DNA from: Clostridia bacterium
GTDB taxonomy: Bacteria; Bacillota; Clostridia; Oscillospirales; Acutalibacteraceae
Length of the DNA stretch: 64,000 nt
Assembly: GCA_017397105.1 (NCBI GenBank)
Contig: JAFQKF010000021.1
Span: 4,895 to 68,894, forward strand
Direction: 5' to 3'
The stretch's first letter is position 1. Every line of letters begins with the position of its first letter. Under the pieces are notes generated by a model. It made no database searches. It was not told the origin of the DNA and was given only the letters and a program-made list of their open reading frames with translations. This document shows, in pieces, positions 1 through 9,771 of the stretch. A program made the translations under genes and the position numbers.

Positions 1-709
1 CACCCATTGCAAGCAGACGGCATTGCTGAGAAATGCTGTTTGCGGTCCATGCTGAAACAAGCAGACCGTTTTTGTGAAGAATCTGAGTTACACAATCTGT
101 CGCATTTTCATAATGGGTATTAAGACCTATTGCACCGAGACTTTTGATTTTATCGGCAAGCTCCTGCGCATACGCGGGGTCATTGCGTCTGTTTTTATCC
201 GTTTTATAATTGAGGAAATACGGAATATCCGAATTTGCGCTGACGTCAGGCACCCAATCTTCAAAAACGCCCGTATAGAATACTCTTTCAAAAAGTCCGT
301 ATTCCTTTACAAGACGGTCAACCGCAGGAAGATTTGAGCGTGATTTTAAATCAAGATTCATCTGACAGTCCGGACTCTTGGCAACCTCTGCAAGAATTTT
401 TGAAAGCTCAACACCTGCTCCGAATTTCGGATTTGAGGCATGAATAACACAGGGTGTACCGTCCGGCCAGAAGGTAACGTCAACCTCTACAACCTTTGCA
501 CCGTGCTCAAGCGCTATAATAACGGATTCGGGAGTATTGTCGGTTGTTTTAAGCGCACCCGAATGGTACGTTACCGTAAAACCGTCAGGAAGACTGTTAA
601 TCCCCTCAGGGAAATTGCGGCGAATCTTCTTTGCCGCAGAGAAATCCGCTATCCTTTCAAGCGATACGGAAACCTTGCTGGATAAATTATCTTTAAAATA
701 TGACACCAA
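1..709 (-). CDS. Glycerophosphodiester phosphodiesterase (GDPD) family protein, 3' end runs off the window
   Basis: Not in the ORF track. Manual minus-strand translation from TTG at 709 (or GTG at 706) after an AAGGGGG RBS gives ...TVTYHSGALKTTDNTPES...VVEVDVTFWPDGTPCVIH...MNLDLK...VSAWTAN...LLAMG, open to the edge. These match GDPD motifs (H-x-G, E-x-DV, H, WT-x-N). Confidence 0.8.
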   Translation of the reverse strand, partial: MVSYFKDNLSSKVSVSLERIADFSAAKKIRRNFPEGINSLPDGFTVTYHSGALKTTDNTPESVIIALEHGAKVVEVDVTFWPDGTPCVIHASNPKFGAGVELSKILAEVAKSPDCQMNLDLKSRSNLPAVDRLVKEYGLFERVFYTGVFEDWVPDVSANSDIPYFLNYKTDKNRRNDPAYAQELADKIKSLGAIGLNTHYENATDCVTQILHKNGLLVSAWTANSISQQCRLLAMG

Positions 710-727
710 ATCGCCCCCTTTTGCTTG

Positions 728-756
728 ATTATTGCACCGAATCCTAACTTTGTCAA
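728..756 (-). promoter_or_regulatory. Putative sigmaA promoter of the GDPD gene
   Basis: TTGACA-17 bp-AATAAT on the minus strand, with TG before the -10. Confidence 0.5.
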
Positions 757-840
757 CTTTTTATTTAATTTAAGTATTGCAATTTATTGTATTTTATTAT
801 AAATTATTATAGTTAATTTGTATGTTGCCACAAAAATGTT

Positions 841-889
841 TTACTGTGCTAATATGGTAATTGACTAAATCGCTAAACCGTGCTATAAT
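841..889 (+). promoter_or_regulatory. sigmaA promoter of the his operon, overlapped by a putative tandem operator
   Basis: TTGACT (861-866)-17 bp-TATAAT (884-889) with extended TG. TTAC/STAA half-sites at 841, 849, 857, 865 and 873. Confidence 0.75.
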
Positions 890-933
890 GGCACCATTGT
901 ATAATTAGATTATTATGTGACAGGAGTATCAGC

Positions 934-2055
934 ATGAAGCATATACCTGATTTTTTCTCAAAGGAAGATAATCTTTCAATCGCCCTGCCCGAGCTTTTTG
1001 AACGCTGGGGATATAAAAAATACCGTATGTCAAAGTTTGAGGAATTCAGCTTTTACAGTGACAACAGGAACTTCCTTTCAAACTCAGAAATAATTGCCTT
1101 CAACAATGCTGACGGCAGACTTATGGCTCTCAAGCCCGACATTACTCTTTCCATAGTCAAAAACGCAAAGCTCAGCGAAAAGCTTACAAAGCTTTACTAT
1201 AATGAAAGCGTTTTCAGAATGTCATCGGGTTCAAGGGATTTCAAGGAAATCAAGCAGTGCGGCGTTGAGGTGCTCGGCGAAATCGACAATTATCTTACAA
1301 GCGAAATCATAATGCTTGCCGCAGAAAGCCTTGCAATGATAGATGAGAACTACGTTCTTTCCGTTTCTCACAATGCACTTCTGCTCTCCCTTATCGAAGA
1401 ATTCAACGTAACGTTAGCTGTCAAAAAGCAGCTTATATCCTGCATCGGCGGCAAAAACATCCACGATTTCAAGCGTCTGTGCGTAAACTATTCCGTTCCC
1501 GATGAAATGACGGAAAAGGTTTGCCGCCTTGCCGGCATTGAGGGAAAAATCAACGACGTGCTCGGCGACGTCAAAGCACTGTGCACTTCAGAAAAAATGC
1601 TTGATGCTGTGGCTGAGCTTGAGTTTGTTTGCAGCGCTCTTTCCGCCTGCGGACTTTCCGATAAGATTCACATTGACCTTTCGGTAACTCAGCATATCGA
1701 TTATTACACCGGTATAGTTTTCAGGGGCTACGTTGAGAAGGCTCCCAACGCTGTTCTTTCAGGCGGCAGATATGACCGCCTTGCAAGAAAAATCAGGGAC
1801 AATATCGGAGCAGTCGGCTTCGCCGTTTACCTTGATAATCTCAACCTTTATTACAGAAAGGCTGCTGAGTTTGACGCTGACCTGCTCGTAATCTGCAAGG
1901 ACACGGAAAACTCAGAAAAGCTTCTCGGTTTACTTATGGAGCACACCCGCAACGGCTTATGTGTAAGAGTTGAACGCTCCTGCCCCGAGGCTTTCAGAGC
2001 CCGTAAAACCGCTGTTTTCGAAAACGGCGAACTCAAGGAGGCACAAATATGCTGA
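934..2055 (+). CDS. hisZ: ATP phosphoribosyltransferase regulatory subunit
   Basis: HisRS-like motifs (LKPDITLSI, YYTGIVF, SGGRYD, AVGFA); directly upstream of short-form hisG. Confidence 0.93.
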   Translation: MKHIPDFFSKEDNLSIALPELFERWGYKKYRMSKFEEFSFYSDNRNFLSNSEIIAFNNADGRLMALKPDITLSIVKNAKLSEKLTKLYYNESVFRMSSGSRDFKEIKQCGVEVLGEIDNYLTSEIIMLAAESLAMIDENYVLSVSHNALLLSLIEEFNVTLAVKKQLISCIGGKNIHDFKRLCVNYSVPDEMTEKVCRLAGIEGKINDVLGDVKALCTSEKMLDAVAELEFVCSALSACGLSDKIHIDLSVTQHIDYYTGIVFRGYVEKAPNAVLSGGRYDRLARKIRDNIGAVGFAVYLDNLNLYYRKAAEFDADLLVICKDTENSEKLLGLLMEHTRNGLCVRVERSCPEAFRARKTAVFENGELKEAQIC

Positions 2056-2678
2056 ATATTGCCTTACCCAAAGGACGCCTTGGCGACAAGGTTTACTCGC
2101 TGCTTGCAAAAATCGGCTACGATTGCAGCGAAATATACGCAGACAACAGAAAGCTTATATTTGAAAGCGTTGAAAACTCCGTACGCTATCTTCTCGTTAA
2201 GCCCTCTGACGTTGCAATTTACATCTCTCACGGTGCCGCAGATATCGGCATTGTAGGAAAAGATATTCTTGAAGAGGACAGTTTTGATTTATTCGAGCTG
2301 CTCGATCTCAACCTCGGTAAATGCAATATGTGCGTTGCCGCTCCCGTTGATTTTGTTGAGGACCTTGACCGTCCCCTCAGAGTTGCAACCAAATTCACAA
2401 ACATTGCAAAGAATTATTATCTTTCCCTTAACCGTGAAATTGAAATAATCAAGCTCAACGGCTCAATTGAGCTTGCTCCCCTGCTCGGTCTGTCCGACGT
2501 TATTGTTGATATCGTCGAAACAGGTACCACCTTAAAAGAAAACAACCTTAAGGTTTATGAAAAGATTATGCCGATAAGCGCAAGACTTATTGCAAACAAA
2601 TCTTCCTACAAATTCAAAACCGCAGAAATTGAAGAGCTTTTGGCAAAGCTTGAAAAGGAGCTCAAAAATAATGATTAA
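2049..2678 (+). CDS. hisG: ATP phosphoribosyltransferase, short form
   Basis: IALPKGRL, ADIGIVGKD, VATKF, GSIELAPLLGLSDVIVDIVETGTTL; 209 aa. Confidence 0.97.
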   Translation: MLNIALPKGRLGDKVYSLLAKIGYDCSEIYADNRKLIFESVENSVRYLLVKPSDVAIYISHGAADIGIVGKDILEEDSFDLFELLDLNLGKCNMCVAAPVDFVEDLDRPLRVATKFTNIAKNYYLSLNREIEIIKLNGSIELAPLLGLSDVIVDIVETGTTLKENNLKVYEKIMPISARLIANKSSYKFKTAEIEELLAKLEKELKNND

Positions 2679-3948
2679 GATTATTGATATAAGCAACGCA
2701 AAAACGGAAGATATCCTTACAAGAGATATCAAGCTTGAAAGCGGCGTTGAAGAAATCGTTGCAGGTATTATTGAAAACGTTCGCAAAAACGGCGACTCTG
2801 CTTTGCTTGACTATGCTGAAAAGTTTGACGGCGCAAGACCCGAAAATCTCGTAGTAAGCGATGAGGAAATAGAAGAGGCGTTTGCAAGCGTACCTCAGGC
2901 ACTCATTGAAACAATTGAAGAAGCAAAAGAAAACATATGGGAATACCACAAGCATCAGGTGCGTGACGATTTTGAAATCAACAAGGGTAACGGCATTATT
3001 CTGGGTCAGAAAATCACACCCATCGAAAAAGCCGGCGTATACGTCCCCGGCGGCACTGCAAGCTACCCCTCCACAGTCCTTATGGACGTTATTCCCGCTA
3101 AAATCGCAGGAGTAAAAGAGATTGTTATGACCACTCCCTGTGGTAAAAACGGCAAGATTGCGCCTGCAATCCTCGCCGCCGCAAAGATAGCCGGAGTTAC
3201 AAAAATCATAAAATCGGGCGGTGCGCAGGCTGTTGCCGCTCTCGCTTACGGCACCGAAAGCGTTCCCAAGGTTGACAAAATCGTAGGCCCCGGCAACGTG
3301 TTTGTTGCCACGGCAAAGAGAATGGTTTTCGGTATGGTTGATATTGATATGATTGCAGGGCCGAGCGAAATCCTCGTGCTTGCCGACAATACCTGCAGAG
3401 CAAAGGACGTTGCCGCAGACCTTCTTTCACAGGCTGAGCACGACAAACTTGCCTCCGCCGTACTTGTTACCGACAGTGAAGAATTTGCAAACGAAGTCAG
3501 TGCCGAAATCGAAAGGCAGCTTCCTCTTCTTGAAAGAGCGGAAATCGCAAGGGCTTCCATTGACACAAACGGTAAAATCATTGTTGCCGAAAGTATTGAA
3601 AGCGGAATTGAAATTGCAAACATCATAGCTCCCGAGCATCTTGAGGTCTGCGTTGACAAGCCCTTTGAATTGCTCGGCAAAATCAAGCACGCAGGTTCAA
3701 TATTCCTCGGTAAGAATACCCCCGAGGCTCTCGGCGATTACCTTGCAGGCCCCAACCACACTCTGCCCACCTCGGGCACGGCACGCTTCAGCTCTGCGCT
3801 GAGTGTTGACGATTTCGTTAAAAAATCACAGTACCTTTACTATGAAAAAGAAGCACTTGAAAAGGTAAAGGATAAAGTAGTCCTCTTTGCCGAAACAGAG
3901 GGTCTTACGGCTCACGCTCAGAGCGCGGCAATCAGATTTGAGGATTGA
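2671..3948 (+). CDS. hisD: Histidinol dehydrogenase
   Basis: YVPGG, IDMIAGPSE, DLLSQAEHD, APEHL, GDYLAGPNHTLPT. Start moved to ATG 2671 (AAGGAG upstream). Confidence 0.97.
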   Translation: MIKIIDISNAKTEDILTRDIKLESGVEEIVAGIIENVRKNGDSALLDYAEKFDGARPENLVVSDEEIEEAFASVPQALIETIEEAKENIWEYHKHQVRDDFEINKGNGIILGQKITPIEKAGVYVPGGTASYPSTVLMDVIPAKIAGVKEIVMTTPCGKNGKIAPAILAAAKIAGVTKIIKSGGAQAVAALAYGTESVPKVDKIVGPGNVFVATAKRMVFGMVDIDMIAGPSEILVLADNTCRAKDVAADLLSQAEHDKLASAVLVTDSEEFANEVSAEIERQLPLLERAEIARASIDTNGKIIVAESIESGIEIANIIAPEHLEVCVDKPFELLGKIKHAGSIFLGKNTPEALGDYLAGPNHTLPTSGTARFSSALSVDDFVKKSQYLYYEKEALEKVKDKVVLFAETEGLTAHAQSAAIRFED

Positions 3949-3960
3949 GGAGATATTCAA

Positions 3961-5028
3961 ATGAGCAGATTTCTCTCTGAAAACTACAGTAAATTAATTC
4001 CGTATACACCCGGCGAGCAGCTTAACGAAAAAGTTATAAAGCTCAATACAAACGAGTCACCTTTCCCTCCCTCACCGAGTGTAAAGCAGGTTGTAACCGA
4101 CGATTTGCTTGACAGACTCAAGCTTTATTCCGACCCAGAGGTAAAGCAGCTCAGGAATGCAATAGCTGAGCAATTCGGTCTTGAGGCGGAAAACGTATTT
4201 GTAGGAAACGGCTCCGATGACGTGCTCGCATTCTCAATTATGGGATTCTGCGGCGCAGGCGGCAAGCTCTGCTGCCCCGATATTTCTTACGGTTTTTACC
4301 CCGTTTATGCCGATTTATTCGGTGTTGAGCTTGAGCAGATTAAACTCAAGGATGATTTTTCAATTGATATAAACGATTACATCGGCAAGGGCTGTAATAT
4401 CGTTATCGCCAACCCCAACGCTCCTACGGGACTTGCACTTACGGTTGACGAGGTTGAAAAAATCGTTGCATCAAACCCCGATAACATCATTATAATGGAC
4501 GAGGCTTACATGGCCTTCTGCAAGCAAAGCTGCGTTGAGCTTCTTAAGAAATACGACAATCTTATGGTTGTAAGAACTTTCTCAAAGAGCCATTCTCTTG
4601 CAGGCCTCAGAGTCGGATTCGGACTTGCTTCAAAGGAAATAATTGAAGATTTAAACAAACTTAAGTATTCGTTCAATCCTTATAATATGAACTCCGTTTC
4701 CATTGCGGCGGCATCCGCAGCGATAGCTGATAACGAATACTATAACAAAAATATTGACGAAATAATCAGAGTGCGCGAGCTTACCAAAGACCTCCTCAGC
4801 TCACTCGGCTTTACCGGTACGGACTCCAAGGCAAACTTCCTTTTTGTTACTCATCCCGAATTTTCTGCCGAGGAGCTTTATAAGGAACTGAGAAAAAGAG
4901 GCATCCTTGTGCGTTATTTCTCAAAGCCGAGAATTGACAGATATCTCAGAATAACCGTCGGCTCTGCTGAAGAGATGCAGGCTCTTACCGACACCCTTGC
5001 TCAAATCATAAAGGAAGTGAAAGAATGA
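3961..5028 (+). CDS. hisC: Histidinol-phosphate aminotransferase
   Basis: KLNTNESP, GNGSDD, NPNAPTG, DEAY, RTFSKSHSLAGLRVG (PLP lysine). Confidence 0.96.
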   Translation: MSRFLSENYSKLIPYTPGEQLNEKVIKLNTNESPFPPSPSVKQVVTDDLLDRLKLYSDPEVKQLRNAIAEQFGLEAENVFVGNGSDDVLAFSIMGFCGAGGKLCCPDISYGFYPVYADLFGVELEQIKLKDDFSIDINDYIGKGCNIVIANPNAPTGLALTVDEVEKIVASNPDNIIIMDEAYMAFCKQSCVELLKKYDNLMVVRTFSKSHSLAGLRVGFGLASKEIIEDLNKLKYSFNPYNMNSVSIAAASAAIADNEYYNKNIDEIIRVRELTKDLLSSLGFTGTDSKANFLFVTHPEFSAEELYKELRKRGILVRYFSKPRIDRYLRITVGSAEEMQALTDTLAQIIKEVKE

Positions 5029-5612
5029 GAAGCGCTCAGATAAAAAGAAAGACAAACGAAACGGATATCGAGCTTTTCCTTGACCTTGACGGAAAAGGTA
5101 CAAGCGAAATCGATACAGGCTGCGGTTTCCTTGACCATATGCTTGAGCTCTTTGCCCGCCACGGCAGAATGGAGCTTAAAGTCAAGTGCGTAGGCGATAC
5201 ACACGTTGATTATCACCACTCTGTTGAAGACGTCGGAATCGTTCTCGGCCAGGCTTTTGCCAAGGCTATAGGCGAAAAAAGAGGAATCTCCCGCTACGGA
5301 AGCGTTGTTATTCCCATGGATGAAACACTTATCCTTGCAAGCATCGATATAAGCGGCAGAGCGCATCTCAATTACGACGTATCAATCCCCACTCCTCAGG
5401 TTGGCGGAATGGATACCGAGCTTGTTGAAGAATTCTTCATCTCTTTCGTGCGCAATGCAAACATCACACTGCACATAAAACAGTTCTACGGCAAAAACAG
5501 TCACCACATCATTGAATGCATCTTCAAGGCTGTTTCAAGAGCTCTGTGCAAAGCTGTTTTTGAGGATTTGACCCTCGGCGGTGAAATCCCCTCCACCAAA
5601 GGTTTATTATAA
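5025..5612 (+). CDS. hisB: Imidazoleglycerol-phosphate dehydratase (monofunctional)
   Basis: RKTNETDI, FLDHML, DYHHSVED, PMDE, NSHHIIE, PSTKG. Confidence 0.97.
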   Translation: MRSAQIKRKTNETDIELFLDLDGKGTSEIDTGCGFLDHMLELFARHGRMELKVKCVGDTHVDYHHSVEDVGIVLGQAFAKAIGEKRGISRYGSVVIPMDETLILASIDISGRAHLNYDVSIPTPQVGGMDTELVEEFFISFVRNANITLHIKQFYGKNSHHIIECIFKAVSRALCKAVFEDLTLGGEIPSTKGLL

Positions 5613-5627
5613 TAAAGGAGCGGTCCT

Positions 5628-6236
5628 ATGATTGCAATTGTAGACTACGGCTGCGGAAATCTTTTCTCCCTCTCCTGCTCACTCAACTTCCTCGGAATCG
5701 AGTGCAAAATCACGGGTGACAAGGAAGAAATTGCCGCCGCTGATAAAATTATTCTCCCCGGTGTCGGCGCATTTGCCGATGCAATTAAAAAGCTTCGTGA
5801 CTGCGATATGGTTGATTTGCTCCGTTCACTTGCAGCCGAGGGTAAACCCATTCTCGGTATCTGTCTCGGTATGCAGCTGCTTTTTGAAAAGAGCTTCGAA
5901 TACGGTGCTCATATGGGTCTCGGTCTTATAAAAGGCTACGTGGGCGCTCTTGAGGGCAACATCCCCGAAGAGCTCAAAATCCCTCATATGGGCTGGAATA
6001 AGCTGAATTTCGCTAAGGCTGACCCGATTTTCAAATATATCGAGCCCGGCGATTATATGTATTTTGTTCACTCTTTTTATGCAAAGGGCTGTGTTGAAAA
6101 CACCCTTGCTTTTGCAGAATACGGTGCAGCCGTGCCTGCCGTTGTAAAAAGCGGCTCGGTTTACGGAATGCAGTTCCATCCCGAAAAGAGCGGCGAAAAA
6201 GGTCTTGCTTTGCTCAAGGCTTTTGCCGAGTTATAA
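5628..6236 (+). CDS. hisH: IGP synthase glutaminase subunit
   Basis: DYGCGN, LPGVGAF, GICLGMQ, PHMGWN, YFVHSF, QFHPEKS. Confidence 0.97.
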   Translation: MIAIVDYGCGNLFSLSCSLNFLGIECKITGDKEEIAAADKIILPGVGAFADAIKKLRDCDMVDLLRSLAAEGKPILGICLGMQLLFEKSFEYGAHMGLGLIKGYVGALEGNIPEELKIPHMGWNKLNFAKADPIFKYIEPGDYMYFVHSFYAKGCVENTLAFAEYGAAVPAVVKSGSVYGMQFHPEKSGEKGLALLKAFAEL

Positions 6237-6246
6237 GGAGTAATTT

Positions 6247-6975
6247 ATGCAGATTTTTCCCGCAACAGATATATTGGGCGGTAAGGTTGTCCGCCTGACA
6301 AAAGGCGATTACGATGCCGTTAAAATCTATGCCGATTCGCCCTATGAAATGGCTCAGCAGTTCATTAAAGCAGGTGCAGTCAATCTTCATATGGTTGACC
6401 TTGACGGCGCCAAGGACGGCACTCCCGTAAACTTTGAAGCTATCCGTGAAGCCGCAAAAATCAAAGACCTTTTCATCGAGGTCGGCGGCGGAATCCGCGA
6501 CGAAGCAAGGATAGAGGCTTATCTTGAGCTCGGAGTCAAGCGTGTTATTCTCGGCACGGCGGCTGTTAAGAATTATCCGTTTGTTGAAAGTGCGGTTAAG
6601 AAATACGGCGATGCTATCGCTGTTGGCGTTGATGCAAAAAACGGATTGGTTGCAATAAACGGCTGGCTTGAAACTACAGACGTAAGCTCGGTTGATTTTT
6701 GCAAAAAGCTGCGTGACAGCGGAGTTAAAACCGTTATTTATACCGACATTTCAAAGGACGGTATGTTAAGCGGCACAAACCTTGAGGTCTACGCTCAGCT
6801 TTCGCAGATAGAAGGGCTCGATATTGTAGCCTCGGGCGGCATCACTTTTGAAGATGAAATCAAAGCACTCAGGGATATGAATATTTACGGCGCAATAGTA
6901 GGCAAGGCAGTCTACGAAAACAAGCTGGACCTTGAGCGCGTTATAAAAATTGCCAACGGAGGTGACACACTTTGA
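6247..6975 (+). CDS. hisA: ProFAR isomerase
   Basis: VVRLTKGD, HMVDLDGA, VGGGIR, YTDISKDGML, ASGG. Confidence 0.96.
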   Translation: MQIFPATDILGGKVVRLTKGDYDAVKIYADSPYEMAQQFIKAGAVNLHMVDLDGAKDGTPVNFEAIREAAKIKDLFIEVGGGIRDEARIEAYLELGVKRVILGTAAVKNYPFVESAVKKYGDAIAVGVDAKNGLVAINGWLETTDVSSVDFCKKLRDSGVKTVIYTDISKDGMLSGTNLEVYAQLSQIEGLDIVASGGITFEDEIKALRDMNIYGAIVGKAVYENKLDLERVIKIANGGDTL

Positions 6976-7727
6976 TAACTCACAGAATTATCCCCTGCCT
7001 TGACGTAAGAAACGGCAGAGTCGTAAAAGGTGTTAATTTTGAAGGAATACAGGACGTTGCCTCACCTGTTGAAATGGCTCGCTTTTATAACGAATGCGGC
7101 GCCGACGAGCTTGTGTTTTACGATATAACCGCATCCTATGAAAACAGAGGTCTTTTCACAGATATCCTCAAAGAAACCGCAAAGGAGATTTTTATTCCTC
7201 TTACGGTAGGCGGCGGAATCAATACTCTCGACGATTTTGACAGAGTTTTAAAATGCGGTGCAGACAAGGTTTCGGTAAACTCGGGAGCAATCAAGAATCC
7301 CGACCTTATCCCCCAGGCTGCAAGAAAGTACGGCGACCAGTGCGTTGTGCTTTCAATGGACGTAAAGCGAGTTGACGGTCAGTTCAAAATTTTCAAAAAC
7401 GGCGGCAGAATCGACACGGGCATTGATGCTCTTGAATGGGCGGTAAGCGGCGAAAAGAACGGCGCAGGCGAGCTTGTTGTTAACAGCATTGATACTGACG
7501 GAGTTAAAAACGGCTTCGACATTGAAATGCTCAAGGAAATATCACGCCTTGTTTCAATCCCCGTTATAGCAAGCGGCGGTGCAGGCAAAAAAGAGGATTT
7601 CCTTGATTTATTCAACGCAGGCTGTGCCGATGCAGGCCTTGCGGCATCAATTTTCCATTTCAAGCAGGTAAACATAATGGATTTAAAAAAATACCTGCGT
7701 GACAATAACATAGAAATGAGGATTTAA
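6972..7727 (+). CDS. hisF: IGP synthase cyclase subunit
   Basis: [48 protein letters not shown]; TTG start. Confidence 0.97.
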   Translation: MITHRIIPCLDVRNGRVVKGVNFEGIQDVASPVEMARFYNECGADELVFYDITASYENRGLFTDILKETAKEIFIPLTVGGGINTLDDFDRVLKCGADKVSVNSGAIKNPDLIPQAARKYGDQCVVLSMDVKRVDGQFKIFKNGGRIDTGIDALEWAVSGEKNGAGELVVNSIDTDGVKNGFDIEMLKEISRLVSIPVIASGGAGKKEDFLDLFNAGCADAGLAASIFHFKQVNIMDLKKYLRDNNIEMRI

Positions 7728-7729
7728 CT

Positions 7730-8365
7730 ATGACAGAGCTTAAATATAACAGTGACGGACTTATCCCTGCAATAGTACAGGATCATTACACAAAAAAGGT
7801 ACTTATGCTCGCTTATATGAACGAGGAAAGCCTTAAAATCAGCATTGAGGAAGGCAAAACCTGCTTCTTCAGCCGCAGCCGTCAGCAGCTCTGGCGCAAG
7901 GGCGAAACCTCAGGCAACACCCAGGAAATCGTTTCAATAAGAACCGATTGCGACAAGGACACTCTTCTTATCGACGTTATCAAAAACGGTCCTGCCTGCC
8001 ACACAGGCGAGGAAAGCTGCTTCTTTGAAACAGTTACCGATAACGGCGATGAAAGCTTCTCTTACGAAAATCTTTATAAAATGCTCCTCGGCAGAAAGAT
8101 TGAGAAGAAAGAAGGCTCCTACACAACTTACCTTTTTGAAAAGGGAATTGATAAAATCCTTAAAAAGGTCGGTGAAGAGTGCACAGAGGTTATTGTGGCT
8201 GCCAAGGGTAACGACAAGGAGGAAACAATTTTTGAAATTGCAGACCTTCTCTATCACGTAACCGTGCTTATGATTGAAATGGGCATTTCCATTGACGACG
8301 TAACTTCTGAGCTTGCCAAGCGTCACATCGTTGACCACAAGGTAAAGCAGGAAAAAATGCAGTAA
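7730..8365 (+). CDS. hisIE: Bifunctional phosphoribosyl-AMP cyclohydrolase / phosphoribosyl-ATP pyrophosphatase
   Basis: [32 protein letters not shown], then [20 protein letters not shown]. Confidence 0.96.
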   Translation: MTELKYNSDGLIPAIVQDHYTKKVLMLAYMNEESLKISIEEGKTCFFSRSRQQLWRKGETSGNTQEIVSIRTDCDKDTLLIDVIKNGPACHTGEESCFFETVTDNGDESFSYENLYKMLLGRKIEKKEGSYTTYLFEKGIDKILKKVGEECTEVIVAAKGNDKEETIFEIADLLYHVTVLMIEMGISIDDVTSELAKRHIVDHKVKQEKMQ

Positions 8366-8433
8366 TCCGCCGTTCAATACAATATATACAAAACACATAT
8401 ATAAATTTTATCTTTTTTCTAACGGTCTTTGCG

Positions 8434-8482
8434 TTGACAAAGGCCGTTATTTATTGTATTATATTATGTAATAAATTACATA
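8434..8482 (+). promoter_or_regulatory. sigmaA promoter of the pyr operon, with a palindrome over the start site
   Basis: TTGACA (8434-8439)-17 bp-TATTAT (8457-8462). Perfect inverted repeat TATGTAAT-AA-ATTACATA at 8465-8482. Confidence 0.7.
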
Positions 8483-8502
8483 GATGCAGGAGGACAAAAG
8501 CT

Positions 8503-9771
8503 TTGAAAACTCTCATTAAAAACGCAAAAGTTTTTTCAAACGGACTTTTCATTGACTCTGATATCCTTGTTTGCGATTCTATAATCACCCGTATTGCTCC
8601 CGATATTTCGGAGGGCGGATGCACTGTTTTTGATTTTAATAACTGTCATATTCTCCCCGGTCTTGTTGATGTTCATGTTCATCTTCGAGAGCCGGGTTTT
8701 TCATACAAGGAAACAATCAAAAGCGGCACTCTTGCGGCGGCTCACGGCGGCTACACTGACGTATGCGCAATGCCCAACCTCAAGCCTGTGCCTGACAGTA
8801 AAGAAAACCTTGCCATTCAGCTTGAGCTTATAAAAGAATCCGCAGCAATAAACGTTTACCCCTATGCGGCTATAACCGTAGAAGAAAAAGGCGAAGCTTT
8901 GAGCGATATGAAGTCTATGGCTGAAAATGCCGTTGCTTTTTCGGATGACGGCAAAGGCGTGCAGACCGATTCTATGATGAAAGAGGCTATGCAGAATGCT
9001 GCCGCTATGGGCAAAATAATCGCCGCACACTGCGAGGTAAACGATTTACTTGAGGGCGGATATATTCACAAGGGTGAATATGCCGCAAAGCACTCTCACA
9101 AGGGCATATGCTCCGAGAGCGAATGGAAGCAGATTGAAAGAGACATTGCTCTTGCAAAGGAAACGGGTGTCAAATACCACGTATGCCACATTTCAACAAA
9201 AGAAAGCGTTGAGCTTATAAGAAACGCTCAGGCTCAGGGAATAGACGTAACCTGCGAAACCGGCCCGCATTATCTTACCTTATGCGATGCCGACCTTCAG
9301 GAGGACGGACGCTTTAAGATGAACCCGCCTCTCAGAAGTGCGGATGATAAAAAAGCGCTTATCGAAGGTGTTGTTGACGGCACAATCACAATGATTGCAA
9401 CCGACCACGCCCCCCACTCCGCCGAGGAAAAAGCAAAAGGTCTCAAGGACAGTCTTATGGGCATAACGGGGCTTGAATGCGCTTTTTCGGTCATGTATAC
9501 ACACCTTGTAAAAACAGGTGTAATCACTCTCGAAAAGCTCGTAGAGCTTATGCACACCAATCCTGCCAGGCGTTTCGGTATCGGCACTCCCCTTGCCGAG
9601 GGTCAGAAGGCAAATTTCACCGTATTCAACCTTAACGAAAAGTACACCGTAGATACGGACAAGTTCTTTTCACAGGGCAAAAGCACACCCTTTGCAGGCG
9701 AAGAGCTCTACGCAAAATGCCTCATGACGGTGGCTAACGGAAATATCGTATGGAAAGAGGAAGATGTATGA
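8503..9771 (+). CDS. pyrC: Dihydroorotase
   Basis: DVHVHLREPG, AMPN, FSDDG, HCE, FKMNPPLR, ATDHAPH. Start moved to TTG 8503 after AGGAGG. Confidence 0.95.
   Translation: MKTLIKNAKVFSNGLFIDSDILVCDSIITRIAPDISEGGCTVFDFNNCHILPGLVDVHVHLREPGFSYKETIKSGTLAAAHGGYTDVCAMPNLKPVPDSKENLAIQLELIKESAAINVYPYAAITVEEKGEALSDMKSMAENAVAFSDDGKGVQTDSMMKEAMQNAAAMGKIIAAHCEVNDLLEGGYIHKGEYAAKHSHKGICSESEWKQIERDIALAKETGVKYHVCHISTKESVELIRNAQAQGIDVTCETGPHYLTLCDADLQEDGRFKMNPPLRSADDKKALIEGVVDGTITMIATDHAPHSAEEKAKGLKDSLMGITGLECAFSVMYTHLVKTGVITLEKLVELMHTNPARRFGIGTPLAEGQKANFTVFNLNEKYTVDTDKFFSQGKSTPFAGEELYAKCLMTVANGNIVWKEEDV

Noticed and set aside
74-728. Three short plus-strand ORFs (74-337, 440-685, 537-728)
   Set aside because: They are shadows of the minus-strand GDPD gene, which the ORF track missed because it runs off the edge.
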